DNA from: Spirochaetes bacterium ADurb.Bin133
Lineage (GTDB): Bacteria; Spirochaetota; GWE2-31-10; MWDO01
Assembly: GCA_002070605.1 (NCBI GenBank)
Contig: MWDO01000001.1
Coordinates: forward strand, 24,886 to 88,885
Length of the DNA: 64,000 nt
Direction of reading: 5' to 3'
The position numbers were made by a program, and so were the translations under genes. The notes beneath the pieces are model-generated. The model had not been told where the DNA came from and did no database searches. It saw only the letters and a program-made list of their open reading frames with translations. This document shows, in pieces, positions 9,819-20,379 of this stretch. How positions within the stretch are numbered: position 1 is the stretch's first letter; the number at the start of each line of letters is the position of its first letter.

Positions 9819-12284
9819 ATGGTCAAGGAAAAAAATTTGTTAAACAGAGATATAGTTGAAAAAATAAAAAAGTCTTTTTTGCATCATCGAAAATATTCTC
9901 TAGCTACCGACGAATATTCGGCAACGCCAAACGACGATTTTTTTTGTCTTGCTTATACGGTAAGAGATATGTTGATTGAAAGGTGGATCGGCACGCAACA
10001 AGCGTATTATGCAGGCGACGTTAAAAGAGTATACTATCTTTCTCTCGAGTTTCTTATGGGCAGATCGCTCGGAAATAGTCTTATAAATCTAAAAATATTC
10101 GACGAATGCGAAGTCGCTTTAAAAGAGCTCGGATTGGACTTGGATACTATAAGAGAAGAGGAGAAAGACGCGGGACTCGGAAACGGGGGGCTTGGAAGAT
10201 TAGCGGCTTGTTTCTTAGATTCGTTAGCTACGTTGCAATACCCCGCTTACGGATACGGCATCAGATACGATTATGGTATTTTCAACCAAAAAATTGTAGA
10301 CGGTTATCAAGTGGAAGAGCCGGATAACTGGTTGAAATTGGGCTGTCCATGGGAGATCGAACGCCCGGAACACGAAGTGAGAATTCAATTTTACGGAAAT
10401 GTAACGAGTTATAAAGACAAACAGGATAGAACGCGCTTTAGATGGGAAAATACGCAAGACGTTTTTGCAATACCTCACGACGTTCCGATACCGGGGTATA
10501 ACGTCAATAACGTTAATACTTTTAAATTGTGGAAAGCTCATGCGACAAACGAGTTTGATCTGCGCGAATTTAACTTAGGGAACTACGTCGAAGCGGTTCA
10601 GGAAAAAAACAAGTCTGAAAATATTTCAAAAGTATTGTATCCTAACGACAACACTGAGACCGGTAAAATATTGAGATTAAAACAGCAGTATTTCTTTGTT
10701 TCCGCTTCATTAAAAGATATTATCAGAAGATTTTTAAAATACCGCAAAGATTTTAAAGAATTCCCGAATAAAGTCGCGATTCAGTTAAACGATACTCACC
10801 CGGCTATAGCTATTCCGGAACTTATGAGATTGTTGGTAGACGAACACGACGTACAATGGAAAGACGCTTGGGATATAACCGTCAAAACTTTTGGTTATAC
10901 CAATCACACATTGCTGCCGGAAGCTCTCGAAAAGTGGGCAGTCCCGATGTTTGAGAAACTTTTACCGAGACACTTACAGATTATTTATCAGATAAATTAC
11001 GAATTTTTGAGCGCCGTTTCGATGAAATATCCGGGCGACGTCGGCAGATTAAGAAGAATGTCTATTATCGACGAATCCGGCGAGAGATACGTTAGAATGG
11101 CTTACCTTTCTATAATAGGCAGTCATTCGGTTAACGGAGTCGCCCGTTTGCATTCGGAGCTATTAAAGACGGAATTGTTGAAGGATTTTTCGGAATTTTA
11201 TGAAGATAAATTTAACAACAAAACAAACGGTATTACTCAACGAAGATGGTTGTTAAAGTCAAATCCAAGTCTCTCAAAGTTGATTACAGATAAAATCGGA
11301 GATAAATGGGTAACGGATTTATATCAACTTAAACAACTTGAAAAATACGCCGACGATATGAATTTTATAAAGAGCTGGCAAAATATAAAACTGGAAAATA
11401 AGAAAGTTTTAGCCAAGATAATTAAAGAGGAATTGGACGTAATGGTCGACATAAATTCAATTTTCGACGTTCAAGTAAAGCGATTGCACGAATACAAAAG
11501 ACAGCTGCTTAACGTATTAAATATTATCAGTATGTACATTGATATTAAGAGTAATCCGGAAATTGATTTTGTCCCGAGGACTTTTATCTTTGGAGCAAAG
11601 GCGGCGCCGGGATATTATATGGCAAAATTAATTATTAAGCTAATTAATAACGTCGGCTCTATAATAAACAACGATCCGGACATAAAAGGAAAAATCAAGG
11701 TTCTGTTTTTACCGAATTATAGAGTATCGCTTGCCGAAAAGATTTTTCCCGCTTCCGACGTATCGGAACAAATTTCTACCGCCGGAAAAGAAGCGAGCGG
11801 CACCGGAAATATGAAATTTCAACTAAACGGGGCTCTGACTGTCGGCACGTTGGACGGCGCAAACATTGAGATCGCGGAAGAGGTCGGCGATAAAAACATA
11901 TTTATATTCGGGCTAAAAGTAGAAGAGGTAAAAGATTTATCGGCAAAAGGTTATAATCCCCGAGAATACTATGAAAAGAACGTGAGACTAAAAAAAGTTA
12001 TCGATCTTATTTCATGCGGATATTTTTCAACCGAGTCGCCCTCTTTATTTCAGCCGATAATCGACAGTCTCTTAAACGGCGACCAATATTTTCTTCTTGC
12101 GGACTTTCAGTCTTATTACGACTGTCAACAGAGAGTGTCGCAAGAGTATAAAAGCTACGATAACTGGACTAAAAAATCTATAATTAATGTGGCTAATACC
12201 GGTAAATTCTCAACAGACCGAACTATCAGAGAGTATGCCGAAGATATTTGGAATATCAAACCCTGCGACTTTGATATGAAATAA
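9819..12284 (+). CDS. glgP: Glycogen/maltodextrin phosphorylase
   Basis: 821 aa with EASGTGNMKFQLNGALTVGTLDGANIEI, the pyridoxal-phosphate Lys region of GT35 phosphorylases. Confidence 0.95.
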   Translation: MVKEKNLLNRDIVEKIKKSFLHHRKYSLATDEYSATPNDDFFCLAYTVRDMLIERWIGTQQAYYAGDVKRVYYLSLEFLMGRSLGNSLINLKIFDECEVALKELGLDLDTIREEEKDAGLGNGGLGRLAACFLDSLATLQYPAYGYGIRYDYGIFNQKIVDGYQVEEPDNWLKLGCPWEIERPEHEVRIQFYGNVTSYKDKQDRTRFRWENTQDVFAIPHDVPIPGYNVNNVNTFKLWKAHATNEFDLREFNLGNYVEAVQEKNKSENISKVLYPNDNTETGKILRLKQQYFFVSASLKDIIRRFLKYRKDFKEFPNKVAIQLNDTHPAIAIPELMRLLVDEHDVQWKDAWDITVKTFGYTNHTLLPEALEKWAVPMFEKLLPRHLQIIYQINYEFLSAVSMKYPGDVGRLRRMSIIDESGERYVRMAYLSIIGSHSVNGVARLHSELLKTELLKDFSEFYEDKFNNKTNGITQRRWLLKSNPSLSKLITDKIGDKWVTDLYQLKQLEKYADDMNFIKSWQNIKLENKKVLAKIIKEELDVMVDINSIFDVQVKRLHEYKRQLLNVLNIISMYIDIKSNPEIDFVPRTFIFGAKAAPGYYMAKLIIKLINNVGSIINNDPDIKGKIKVLFLPNYRVSLAEKIFPASDVSEQISTAGKEASGTGNMKFQLNGALTVGTLDGANIEIAEEVGDKNIFIFGLKVEEVKDLSAKGYNPREYYEKNVRLKKVIDLISCGYFSTESPSLFQPIIDSLLNGDQYFLLADFQSYYDCQQRVSQEYKSYDNWTKKSIINVANTGKFSTDRTIREYAEDIWNIKPCDFDMK

Positions 12285-12302
12285 TTTTATTTATTAAATT
12301 CC

Positions 12303-12343
12303 CGGATAAATAGATCGTAACGGCTATTTATCCGATTTTATAT
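12303..12343 (+). terminator. Rho-independent terminator of glgP
   Basis: Perfect 11-bp stem cggataaatag / ctatttatccg followed by attttat. Confidence 0.7.
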
Positions 12344-12382
12344 CCGCGTAGCGGAATTACAAAGTAATTACGAGGAAGTATT

Positions 12383-12736
12383 ATGAAAAAATTGAGTCTT
12401 ATTTTTATTCTTCTAGCCGCTTTATCGTTTAGCGCCGTAGCCGAAGACGCCGCCGATTCTACGACTACAAATCCGGATTATACTGAAAAAAGTATGGAAA
12501 GTACGGAAAGTACGAAAAAGAGCTCAGAAAAAAGTTTTTTTGCAGAGTTGGAGAATTACATCGGTAAAAATATAGTCGTGTATATATCCGACGTAGACGT
12601 TACCGTCAGAGGGGAGTTATTAGAGATATTTTCAGAAGGTTTGTATATAAGAAATATTTTTAAAGTTTCAGTATTTGTTTCAAAAAGCTCTATCTCATAC
12701 ATAGAACTTAGAAATACCGATGCTAAAAAAAATTAG
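12383..12736 (+). CDS. Small secreted hypothetical protein
   Basis: N-terminal signal peptide MKKLSLIFILLAALSFSAVA. No recognisable domain. Confidence 0.4.
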   Translation: MKKLSLIFILLAALSFSAVAEDAADSTTTNPDYTEKSMESTESTKKSSEKSFFAELENYIGKNIVVYISDVDVTVRGELLEIFSEGLYIRNIFKVSVFVSKSSISYIELRNTDAKKN

Positions 12737-13409
12737 GATTTTTTTTTTATTTATAATTTTAATTTCGTGCCAATCAAAAAGTATTATCGACGAATATTCC
12801 GTTAAAGAGGCTAAAAACTACGGAAAATACGTTGATACTTATGATAAATATATATATAATAATGAAACCATAGCCTTTAGCGTAGAATTTGATTATAATT
12901 GGGAAATTAAGGTAAATTACGATAAATTTAATGATTTTGAAAAAAAGTATGCGGATTATATAACGACAGATTACGGCGAAGTCTTGTTTATAGGCTATAA
13001 CGATCTTAAGAAAATAGGCGTTCGATGCGTCTCGGAAGATTTAAATATTAGCAACGAGCAGTATCTTAAAGACTTTAAAAATAGCCTTTCAAGGGAGACG
13101 GTCTCTTACAAAATAGAGGTAGTCTCCGAGAAAAAGGTAGACTTCAAAAATTATACGGCGTTAAATTTCGTATATACGGCTAAAATTAGCCGTAATAATC
13201 TATTTTACTTCGATTCAATTCTCTTTAGAAACGGCAAATACAACATAAAACTGGATTTCTGGACAAACAAAGATTATTTAGAGACAAATAAAGAGGAAAT
13301 TCTAAAGATATACGACTCTCTCGAATTCCAAAGCGTTTACGCCGACGTATCCGCAGACCAATCCGACGACGCGACGTCCGATAAAACTGAAGAGATTCCT
13401 GATGAATAG
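12720..13409 (+). CDS. Hypothetical lipoprotein
   Basis: Signal peptide plus lipobox (ILISCQS) and an acidic C-terminal tail. Confidence 0.45.
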   Translation: MLKKIRIFFLFIILISCQSKSIIDEYSVKEAKNYGKYVDTYDKYIYNNETIAFSVEFDYNWEIKVNYDKFNDFEKKYADYITTDYGEVLFIGYNDLKKIGVRCVSEDLNISNEQYLKDFKNSLSRETVSYKIEVVSEKKVDFKNYTALNFVYTAKISRNNLFYFDSILFRNGKYNIKLDFWTNKDYLETNKEEILKIYDSLEFQSVYADVSADQSDDATSDKTEEIPDE

Positions 13410-14280
13410 CGATAATATCTTCAAAAAAGCCAAAGGGGCTTATCTATACGACATAAAAAGCGAAAAATTCTTCGATTTCAGATTTAATAGCGCCATTTTT
13501 GGATATTCATACAAAAAAATATCAACCCGTCTAAAAAACAGTATTTCAAACGCTATGAGCGTCGTCGGCGACTCCGTATATAGCCGAAGGTTATTAAAAA
13601 TATTCGCCAAAGATTTCTCGGAAGAATACGAGCCTTTTTTCATAAGTTCTCTCGAAGAGTTTATTTTAAAACTGGAAAATTTTGCAATTAATAATAACTA
13701 CAAACTTGCATACTTTGGCGAAAGATTTGTAAAATTCATAAGCCGCTTATTGGCGAAAAAAAAAATAAATTCCGACAACCCGGATATACGCGTTATCGAC
13801 GCGGCGCAGTATTATCTGGATGAGAAACAAATACTGGTATTTGAAGATAAAATAAATATAATAAATTACTACTATTATCCTGAATACGCCCCGGATACTT
13901 TTGGAGCGGATTTAATTATTCTACCCGAGTTTATGTCGGGCGGACTAAAAAATATTTATCTAATGATAAAAAAAAAATCCGTTTTAAAAAATATTTTTTC
14001 TCAAACTGTTTTTGAACTCCCCTCTTTTTACATAGAGATCGCTTTAAATTATTACAGGGTTATAAAATCGCCCGAATACCGTTTGCTTAACGTTCCAAAA
14101 TTAAAATGGAAAGACGTAGTTCAAAAAGGCAGAATTTTTAGTTTTACAAACGAGGACGACGAACTGGTAAACAAATTTAAACAAAACAACATACTTATTA
14201 ATCCGTTCCCCGATTATAATTACTTGCCATTAATTCTCGAAGATTATCAAAAGGAACGCCTGTTAAAAATTAACGTTTAA
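13402..14280 (+). CDS. Hypothetical protein whose N-terminus resembles a degenerate class-III aminotransferase
   Basis: AKGAYLYDIKSEKFFDFRFNSAIFGYSYKKI resembles the aminotransferase-III N-terminal pattern but lacks the GH motif. It overlaps the upstream gene by 8 nt, consistent with translational coupling. Confidence 0.35.
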   Translation: MNSDNIFKKAKGAYLYDIKSEKFFDFRFNSAIFGYSYKKISTRLKNSISNAMSVVGDSVYSRRLLKIFAKDFSEEYEPFFISSLEEFILKLENFAINNNYKLAYFGERFVKFISRLLAKKKINSDNPDIRVIDAAQYYLDEKQILVFEDKINIINYYYYPEYAPDTFGADLIILPEFMSGGLKNIYLMIKKKSVLKNIFSQTVFELPSFYIEIALNYYRVIKSPEYRLLNVPKLKWKDVVQKGRIFSFTNEDDELVNKFKQNNILINPFPDYNYLPLILEDYQKERLLKINV

Positions 14281-14424
14281 TCGTTTCATAAAATAGGATA
14301 AACTATACGCTCGATTTATAAAAATTCGGCAAAATGAAAAAAACAGAGAATTCTAAAAATAATCTAAATTTATTACCGATAATAATATTGAAATTACAAC
14401 AAAGCGTCCTAAGGAAAAATTATT

Positions 14425-14745
14425 ATGATGGAACTAATAATAAATTTGAAAGATATAGTAAAGAGCGAACTGTTTTTTATTATTTTAGACGTTATTTTAT
14501 GCAGTCTTATGGCTATAAGCGGAATACTAGTCTACGGGAAGGCAAAAAAAGTATCCCGCCTTATTTTAGTGATGGTCGCGCTATTTCTTTATATCGGCAT
14601 GATATTCAGAGTCTTGGAATATCTGGAAGTATTTTCAATAAAAGATTATAAGATCGACAACATACCGATTTATTATATGGCTATAAACTATTTAACCTCT
14701 TTGCTGATGTTATTCTCGTTTATAGCCATAACTAGAGAGAAGTAG
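14425..14745 (+). CDS. Small integral membrane protein
   Basis: Three hydrophobic helices in 106 aa. Confidence 0.4.
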   Translation: MMELIINLKDIVKSELFFIILDVILCSLMAISGILVYGKAKKVSRLILVMVALFLYIGMIFRVLEYLEVFSIKDYKIDNIPIYYMAINYLTSLLMLFSFIAITREK

Positions 14746-14918
14746 ATTACTCTTTATTCTCGACCTTATGCGATCCTTCGAGCTTATCTTTTTCAATAAT
14801 ACCGTTGTCAAATTTATCGACAAGGAGGTTTAAGGTCTTAATTGCCTTTTTTATCTGTTTAAAGAGTTTTACCTTCTTTTTTTTCTTGTTTTTTGTTGTT
14901 TTTTTTGATTTTTTTTTC
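14745..14918 (-). CDS. Possible small Lys-rich protein (57 aa), not in the ORF track
   Basis: My own translation: MKKKSKKTTKNKKKKKVKLFKQIKKAIKTLNLLVDKFDNGIIEKDKLEGSHKVENKE. It may be spurious in AT-rich DNA. Confidence 0.2.
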
Positions 14919-14956
14919 ATAAAATATCCTCAACTCCCCTCTTATTTTTTTTCCTC

Positions 14957-17326
14957 TTATTTTTTTATCAATATCATCCCTTCCGCCGGATTAATCGTTA
15001 TATTTCCGCCGGAAATTTCTTTTATCGCTTTGATCCCCGCCGTTTTACCGTCGACTACTACTTTATACGCGCCTTCGGGTATTGAGTATTCGGCGCTTTT
15101 TTCTACGTCCGAATTTACAAATCCGAAAATTTTATCGCCGATAATTACCCCTAAAGAATTTTTATTATCGTTAGTTAAAATTTTAACCTCTTCGGGCTTG
15201 GCGTTTCCGAGAAGTTTTTCGGATTTTCTAAGCTGAATCAACCCTTTGTAATAGTCAAATAACTCTTGATTTAACGAAATATTATCAAAATTTATAAAAT
15301 TTGTATCGTTATCCGCAGAGTACGAGTTGGGAGTAGGGGTAAGATAGATAAGATTATCGGAAGATTTGCCAAATTCCCCTTTGTTTGTAACTTCCGGGAT
15401 TTTGCCGGTCAGATCCGGAGTTATTTTACCCCTAGCCCACTCTTGCCCCAGATGCATCATTATAGGACCTTGACAAAGGAACAGAGCCAAAGCTCCGACT
15501 TTGGAAGCGTTCATTAGTCTTGGAGACAACTTGAGATACTGTTTTATATCGGTAATCCTGTTTATCTCCCCTTTTTCGTTTGTTATCTTATATTCTCCCG
15601 ATGAAAATCTTATGTTATCGCCGAGAGACGTATCGTCGTGAGACTCGATGTAGTTTACCGATTGATAAGAGCTCCCGCCGGAAGTCCCTTTCCAGTAGTC
15701 TGACAATTTAATTGCGTTATAAGCGTTGCCGAGCATAAACGACTTTGATTCTTTTATCGGTCGATTATCTCCTCTTACCGTTCCTCTTATACCGTCGTTC
15801 CAGTACGACCAACCGTTTTTTATGAAGTCGGTCTTGGTCGAAACGGATTTACCGGCAGTCCACGGCTCGGCGATTATAAAAGCCTTTGGATTGATTTTCA
15901 GCATCTCCTCTTTAATCAGCTTGATTGTCTCAACGTCGTGGCAACCGGCAAGATCAAACCTAAATCCGTCGATCTTATACTCGGTCATCCAGTATTTAAC
16001 GCTGTCCAATATCAATCTTCTAGCCATCGGACGTCGGCTCTCAATTTCGTTACCGCAACCGGTATTTACCTCTTTTTTGAAGTAAAAATCATAATCGGTA
16101 TATTTGAGCGAATTTTCGTCATATTGCGATACGTGGTTATAAACTACGTCTAATATTACCGCTATGCCGTTTTTATGAAGTTCTCTAACGAGCGTTTTAA
16201 ATTCGTCTACCGCTTTTCCCGACGTTCCGCTCCATTTAGACGGATCGATATTGCCGTCGGTCGCGTAATACGATTCGGGAGAGAAAAAATTAGAGGTCAT
16301 ATATCCCCAATAGTTTTGGGCGTACGCATTCCAGCTGTTTTTAGCGTAGTAAGGTTTGCCCTCTTTATTTTTTACGACTTCGTTGAAAGGCGCCTCAATA
16401 TTACAGAAATCCTGTATCGGAAGAAATTCAACGGCGTTTACGCCTAATTTTTTCAAATAGTTTATCCCTCCTACTTCGGCGTCTATCATTCCCAGATATT
16501 TTCCGGGATTTTTAGATTTGGAAGAGGCGTGGGCGGATATATCCTTTAGGTGCGTCTCCATTATTACCGCGTCTCTTATATCAATATCAATATGATTTGT
16601 CCCTTGCCAATCAAATTTTGTAGTATCGATTATTACGCTTCTACTTTTTTGCGGAAAAACGTTGCTCTGGACGATAGCCTTCGAGTACGGATCGGATACT
16701 ACTATGTCCGAGTCGATAAGCGGTTGAACGGGGTTAAACGCGTAGTTTCTCTCTACGATCTTATATCCATAATATTTCCCCCACAACTCCCCGTCGATAC
16801 TGCATTCAAACGTTTGATCTCCCGTATTGGTCATCTCGTACTCTTTACCGGACGCGTCGTCGTATTTATCAAAAATTACCAAAACGACCTTTTTACCTCT
16901 GGGAACAAAATATCTGAATATAGATTTGCCGTTTTCGTAGAAATACCCTAACGGTTTATCGCTATAAATAGTATTAAATTTCTCTTGAAGCAGAATAGCT
17001 TTGTCTATAACTACTTTACCGCTCTCTTTAGTAGATTTGCTTAAAAAAGTAAAATAGTAGTCTTTTTCTATATCGAAATTTTCTTTCGTTTTTATCTCTA
17101 TATAAGGTCCCTTTTTCTCAATTTTCTCTATCGCCATTTTTGGTTCGATAGAAAAAACTATTTTCTTAATATTTTGAGGCAATCCGGAAAAGTTCGCAAG
17201 AACAATTTGAGAGCTTTTTAACTCTGCAGATTTAATTACGATAGGTTTAACGTTTTTTTTCGGATAAATTAGAGTTATTGATAATAACGCTAATAAAATT
17301 AGTAAAATATTCCTTTTAAAATTCAT
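14957..17326 (-). CDS. Pullulanase-type alpha-1,6-glucan debranching enzyme (GH13) with signal peptide
   Basis: GH13 regions I (ILDVVYNHV), II (GFRFDLAG), III (AEPWT) and IV (YIESHDD). N-terminal signal anchor. Adjacent to glgP. Confidence 0.85.
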   Translation of the reverse strand: MNFKRNILLILLALLSITLIYPKKNVKPIVIKSAELKSSQIVLANFSGLPQNIKKIVFSIEPKMAIEKIEKKGPYIEIKTKENFDIEKDYYFTFLSKSTKESGKVVIDKAILLQEKFNTIYSDKPLGYFYENGKSIFRYFVPRGKKVVLVIFDKYDDASGKEYEMTNTGDQTFECSIDGELWGKYYGYKIVERNYAFNPVQPLIDSDIVVSDPYSKAIVQSNVFPQKSRSVIIDTTKFDWQGTNHIDIDIRDAVIMETHLKDISAHASSKSKNPGKYLGMIDAEVGGINYLKKLGVNAVEFLPIQDFCNIEAPFNEVVKNKEGKPYYAKNSWNAYAQNYWGYMTSNFFSPESYYATDGNIDPSKWSGTSGKAVDEFKTLVRELHKNGIAVILDVVYNHVSQYDENSLKYTDYDFYFKKEVNTGCGNEIESRRPMARRLILDSVKYWMTEYKIDGFRFDLAGCHDVETIKLIKEEMLKINPKAFIIAEPWTAGKSVSTKTDFIKNGWSYWNDGIRGTVRGDNRPIKESKSFMLGNAYNAIKLSDYWKGTSGGSSYQSVNYIESHDDTSLGDNIRFSSGEYKITNEKGEINRITDIKQYLKLSPRLMNASKVGALALFLCQGPIMMHLGQEWARGKITPDLTGKIPEVTNKGEFGKSSDNLIYLTPTPNSYSADNDTNFINFDNISLNQELFDYYKGLIQLRKSEKLLGNAKPEEVKILTNDNKNSLGVIIGDKIFGFVNSDVEKSAEYSIPEGAYKVVVDGKTAGIKAIKEISGGNITINPAEGMILIKK

Positions 17327-17445
17327 AAAAAACTCCTTCGTTAAATATTAATTTAGGATAAATAATTTACCGCTATTAGTCAATTATTTATTTGACAAAA
17401 TCGGGATAATTATATATTTTTTATAAAATTGCGGGATAGTAAAAT

Positions 17446-18432
17446 ATGCTGGCGTATAAATTCTCTTTAGAAACTTTAGAACGACTATATGTTAATCAAG
17501 TTCCTATCAAAATGTCGAATTTTGAAAATTTTATAAACGATTATCCGTTTGATAGCGAAGAAAAATTAATTTCAAGATTGTCAAAATATGAAATCGTCCG
17601 GATCAATTGGGGCGATATTGAAAAAACGATAGATAAATTTGATAAAGAATCTATCGAAACCTATTTCGAAAAAATAAACGCCGCCGCTAAAAACGGCTCA
17701 AAGGTAATCGCGGCGCTTGCCGATTCCGGTTATCCGGAGTGGTTCGACAATATGGGCGGCTGGGAAAATCCCGAATCCCCGCCGTTATTTGATAAATTCG
17801 TAGATTACGTTTCGGCAAATTTGATAGGCTTAGTTTCAAATTGGATAACTTTTTTAGAGCCGAATCTAAAATTAATTAATAAGTATTATGATTTTGAAAA
17901 AGGGACGTTTGCCGCAAAAGGGAAAGAAAAAGGAAAAGAAAAATATCTGAAGTCGGCGGCAAACGTCGTACGGGCGCATATCGGGTCTTACGGAAAAATT
18001 CACGAAGCGGCTCTGAATAAAAATATCGAAGACGCAAACGTAGGGATAGTCCTTAACTTCGGCGGGTTTTATTCAATCAAAGAGAATATTATTACAAAAT
18101 ATTTTAGGAATAGTATAAAGAGCATTTTTTTAGATAATTTTATATCCGGAATGATCGGCGGAACAGATTTTATTGCGAGTAAAAAAGATAGCCGTTCGGA
18201 ATCGGGAAGATATTCGGATTTCCTCGGCTTTACGTATAGAGAGCCTTACTACGTCGATTTTAGAGCGTCCCCTTTCGACGGTTTTAACGTCATTCGACAG
18301 AAAAAAGACGTAATCGACTATATTAAGCCAAAACATTCAAATAATAGCAATATAGACAATATTTTAATTGAATTGTATCGTAAATACGATATTCCTATAA
18401 TGGCTATTACGAAAGATAAAACCGGGGTATAA
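17446..18432 (+). CDS. Hypothetical protein, possibly a glycosidase-like TIM barrel
   Basis: No strong motif. It sits between the pullulanase gene and rluA. Confidence 0.3.
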   Translation: MLAYKFSLETLERLYVNQVPIKMSNFENFINDYPFDSEEKLISRLSKYEIVRINWGDIEKTIDKFDKESIETYFEKINAAAKNGSKVIAALADSGYPEWFDNMGGWENPESPPLFDKFVDYVSANLIGLVSNWITFLEPNLKLINKYYDFEKGTFAAKGKEKGKEKYLKSAANVVRAHIGSYGKIHEAALNKNIEDANVGIVLNFGGFYSIKENIITKYFRNSIKSIFLDNFISGMIGGTDFIASKKDSRSESGRYSDFLGFTYREPYYVDFRASPFDGFNVIRQKKDVIDYIKPKHSNNSNIDNILIELYRKYDIPIMAITKDKTGV

Positions 18433-18480
18433 GGGAAACCGTCCGGATCCAAAACGATTCAAATTTAGCGAAGGGAAAAA

Positions 18481-19092
18481 ATGCCGGAAGTTATTTATGA
18501 AGACGAATATATAATAGTAATTAATAAACCGGCGGGGATTTTGACCGTTCCGACCGATAAAGACAAAAAGAACGATCTTACGGCGAAACTAAACGGCGAA
18601 CTTGAGGCGAGAGGAGAAGTTTATAAAGCGCATCCTTGCCATCGGCTCGATAGGGAGACGAGCGGAGCGATAATCTACGCAAAGGGGAAGAGAAACCAGC
18701 AGATAATGATGAAACTTTTTCATAAAAATGAGATCAAGAAAACTTATATTGCGTTGGTTTCCGGCGTTCCCAATAAAAAAGAGGGGGTAATAAATTTTAA
18801 AATAGGCGGTAAGGAGGCGCTTTCGGGATATACCGTTATAGCGGAGAAAAAAGGATATTCCATTGTCGAAGTAGAGTTATTTACCGGAAGAACCAATCAG
18901 ATCAGAATTCATTTTAAAATGATAGGGCATCCGCTTTTAGGCGAAACTAAATACGCTTTTCGTAAAGATTTTGATATAAAATTTAAACGAACCGCCCTGC
19001 ATTCATATTCGCTCGAATTTGCGCATCCTATAACCGGCGCGCAATTAAATATAACCGCCGAGGTCCCAAACGATATAAAAAAAATGTTTTAA
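18481..19092 (+). CDS. RluA-family pseudouridine synthase
   Basis: HRLDRETSGAIIYAKG catalytic Asp motif. It lacks an S4 domain, so it is RluA/TruC-like. Confidence 0.85.
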   Translation: MPEVIYEDEYIIVINKPAGILTVPTDKDKKNDLTAKLNGELEARGEVYKAHPCHRLDRETSGAIIYAKGKRNQQIMMKLFHKNEIKKTYIALVSGVPNKKEGVINFKIGGKEALSGYTVIAEKKGYSIVEVELFTGRTNQIRIHFKMIGHPLLGETKYAFRKDFDIKFKRTALHSYSLEFAHPITGAQLNITAEVPNDIKKMF

Positions 19093-19239
19093 TAACTCCA
19101 GCGAATGAAATTTGTTGAAAAAATTAGTTATTAGTCGTATAATGAATTTTACGGTCTTTTATATAAAAAAAGTGTAATTATAATGCGTTTGTAATAAATT
19201 TGAAGTATTTTATTAGTATAGAAAATATTTGGAGTAAGA

Positions 19240-20379
19240 ATGAGCAGTAGTAAAAATACCGAAGGGGAAGTTTCAAAGGAGAAAATTGAAAAGAATTTGG
19301 CTTACGGAGGTCAGGCTCTTATCGAAGGTGTTATGATGAGAGGTCAAAACGGATACAGTTATGTGATAAAAAAACCGGACGGGTCTTTTCATAAAGAAAA
19401 GAAAGTTCATAAATCTCTTGCAAAAAGATATAAAATACTGGGGCTTCCGTTTATAAGAGGAGTCGCCGGTTTTATTGAAAATATGATACTGGGGCTCAGT
19501 ATTATAAACAAATCCGCCGAGATAGCGATGCCGGAGGAGATTGATAAAAGCGGCAAAAAAAAGGAGACGTCGAACGTCGCGCTTTTTTTTACTTTTTTAT
19601 TGGCGATGGTATTCGCCATGGGGCTTTTCGTCGTTCTGCCTTATTTTACAGCTTCTATATTCAAAATTAAACACAACGAAGAGCCGTTTATGTATAACCT
19701 TATCGCCGGTATAATAAGAATGGTATTTTTTTTCGTATATCTTCTTTTGATCTCGTTAATGAAAGATACGAAACGTCTGTTTGGATATCACGGCGCCGAA
19801 CACAAAACTATACATACTTACGAAGCAAATAAGGAGCTTACGATAGATAACGTAAGTAAATCCTCTCGGTTGCACCCCAGATGCGGGACTTCTTTTATTT
19901 TTATCGTATTTTTGATAACGCTTTTGGTTTTTCCGTTTATAAACAAGCTTTTCATCGATCAACAGTGGTATCAAAGTTTATCGTCGCTAGATAAACTTGG
20001 CGGAATTATTCAAAAACTAATAATCATCCTATCTCATATAGTAATCGGTATGCCCATCGTATCTTCGATAAGTTACGAAATTCTAAAATTGTCGGGCAAA
20101 TTTTATAAAAACTTCTTGATTAAAATACTTGTTTCGCTGGGGCTTTTTTTTCAATTGTTTACGACAAGAGAGCCGGAAGATAACATGATAAAGGTCGGAA
20201 TTTTGAGTTTGAATTTACTGTTAGGCGTAGAGAGTCTCGATACCCCAAGGACGGTAAACGACGACGTCTTTCCGGTAAAAAAGAGCGAAATAATCGCCGC
20301 AACGATATTGACCGCGCCGGCGATTATCGCAAATATGATTTTTGATTCTAAAAATTTTTATAACTATGAGAAGGATTGA
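19240..20379 (+). CDS. DUF1385 (YqhQ-like) membrane protein
   Basis: YGGQALIEGVMMRG and HGAEHKTIH signatures, with multiple TM helices. Confidence 0.7.
   Translation: MSSSKNTEGEVSKEKIEKNLAYGGQALIEGVMMRGQNGYSYVIKKPDGSFHKEKKVHKSLAKRYKILGLPFIRGVAGFIENMILGLSIINKSAEIAMPEEIDKSGKKKETSNVALFFTFLLAMVFAMGLFVVLPYFTASIFKIKHNEEPFMYNLIAGIIRMVFFFVYLLLISLMKDTKRLFGYHGAEHKTIHTYEANKELTIDNVSKSSRLHPRCGTSFIFIVFLITLLVFPFINKLFIDQQWYQSLSSLDKLGGIIQKLIIILSHIVIGMPIVSSISYEILKLSGKFYKNFLIKILVSLGLFFQLFTTREPEDNMIKVGILSLNLLLGVESLDTPRTVNDDVFPVKKSEIIAATILTAPAIIANMIFDSKNFYNYEKD

Noticed and set aside
14334-14651. 105-aa ORF overlapping the 14425..14745 membrane-protein ORF
   Set aside because: It shares most of its sequence with the better-supported membrane protein in another frame and has an Arg/Tyr-rich composition. 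I kept the membrane protein.
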